Below, one piece after another: positions 63,926 through 64,000 of a stretch of 64,000 bases of DNA. A model generated the notes under the pieces. The model saw only the letters and a program-made list of their open reading frames with translations, had not been told where the DNA came from and made no database searches. Location: the IMG/VR virus record IMGVR_UViG_3300011962_000024, positions 18,466-82,465 of that record. One strand, written 5' to 3'. Numbering within the stretch: position 1 is the first letter of the stretch; each line of letters starts with the position of its first letter. Made by a program: the position numbers and the translations under genes. Source of the DNA: a virus. Its lineage: Duplodnaviria; Caudoviricetes.

Positions 63926-64000
63926 TGGTCGGGACGGAGTGATTCGAACACTCGACCCCTTGCACCCCATGCAAGTGCGCTACCAGGCTGCGCTACGCCC
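63926..64000 (-). tRNA. tRNA-Pro(GGG), integration target; 5'-most ~2 nt lie outside the window
   Basis: Anticodon arm CTTGC-ATGGGGT-GCAAG, T-arm GAGTG-TTCGAAT-CACTC, encoded CCA. Confidence 0.95.

Larger units (their letters stand above)
9571..63971. mobile_element. Lambdoid siphovirus prophage (~54.4 kb) integrated in tRNA-Pro(GGG)
   Basis: 48-bp terminal direct repeats, int/xis, cI/cro, replication, head, tail and lysis genes with no obvious disruption. Confidence 0.96.

Overview
Pseudomonas-like, high-GC DNA in two blocks. (1) 1-9570 is the tRNA-proximal part of a decayed defence island, all on the minus strand: hsdR, hsdS with an extra C-terminal domain, an ABC/AAA ATPase, an HNH nuclease, hsdM, a chimeric Mrr-like/AlpA deletion scar, and the 5' end of an SF2 helicase cut by the window edge. 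(2) 9571-63971 is an apparently complete ~54.4 kb lambdoid siphovirus prophage in tRNA-Pro(GGG). It has a 48-bp att repeat at both ends and the integrase next to the restored tRNA. Modules present: int/xis, early recombination (ERF, YqaJ), C5 and N6 methylases, cI/cro with six matching operators, Rha/O/P/NinG/Q-like genes, its own divergent tRNA-fMet, split lysis genes, head, a lambda-like tail with a -1 frameshift chaperone, tail fibre and an SOS end cassette. Best leads: a PtuAB-like ATPase-HNH pair wired into a Type I RM operon; a HicA-HicB-SecB toxin-antitoxin-chaperone moron beside cI; a phage-borne RsmN/RsmF-type CsrA protein; and a cloverleaf non-coding RNA with a tRNA-like T-arm in the early operon. 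All family assignments come from motif recognition by eye; no database search was run.
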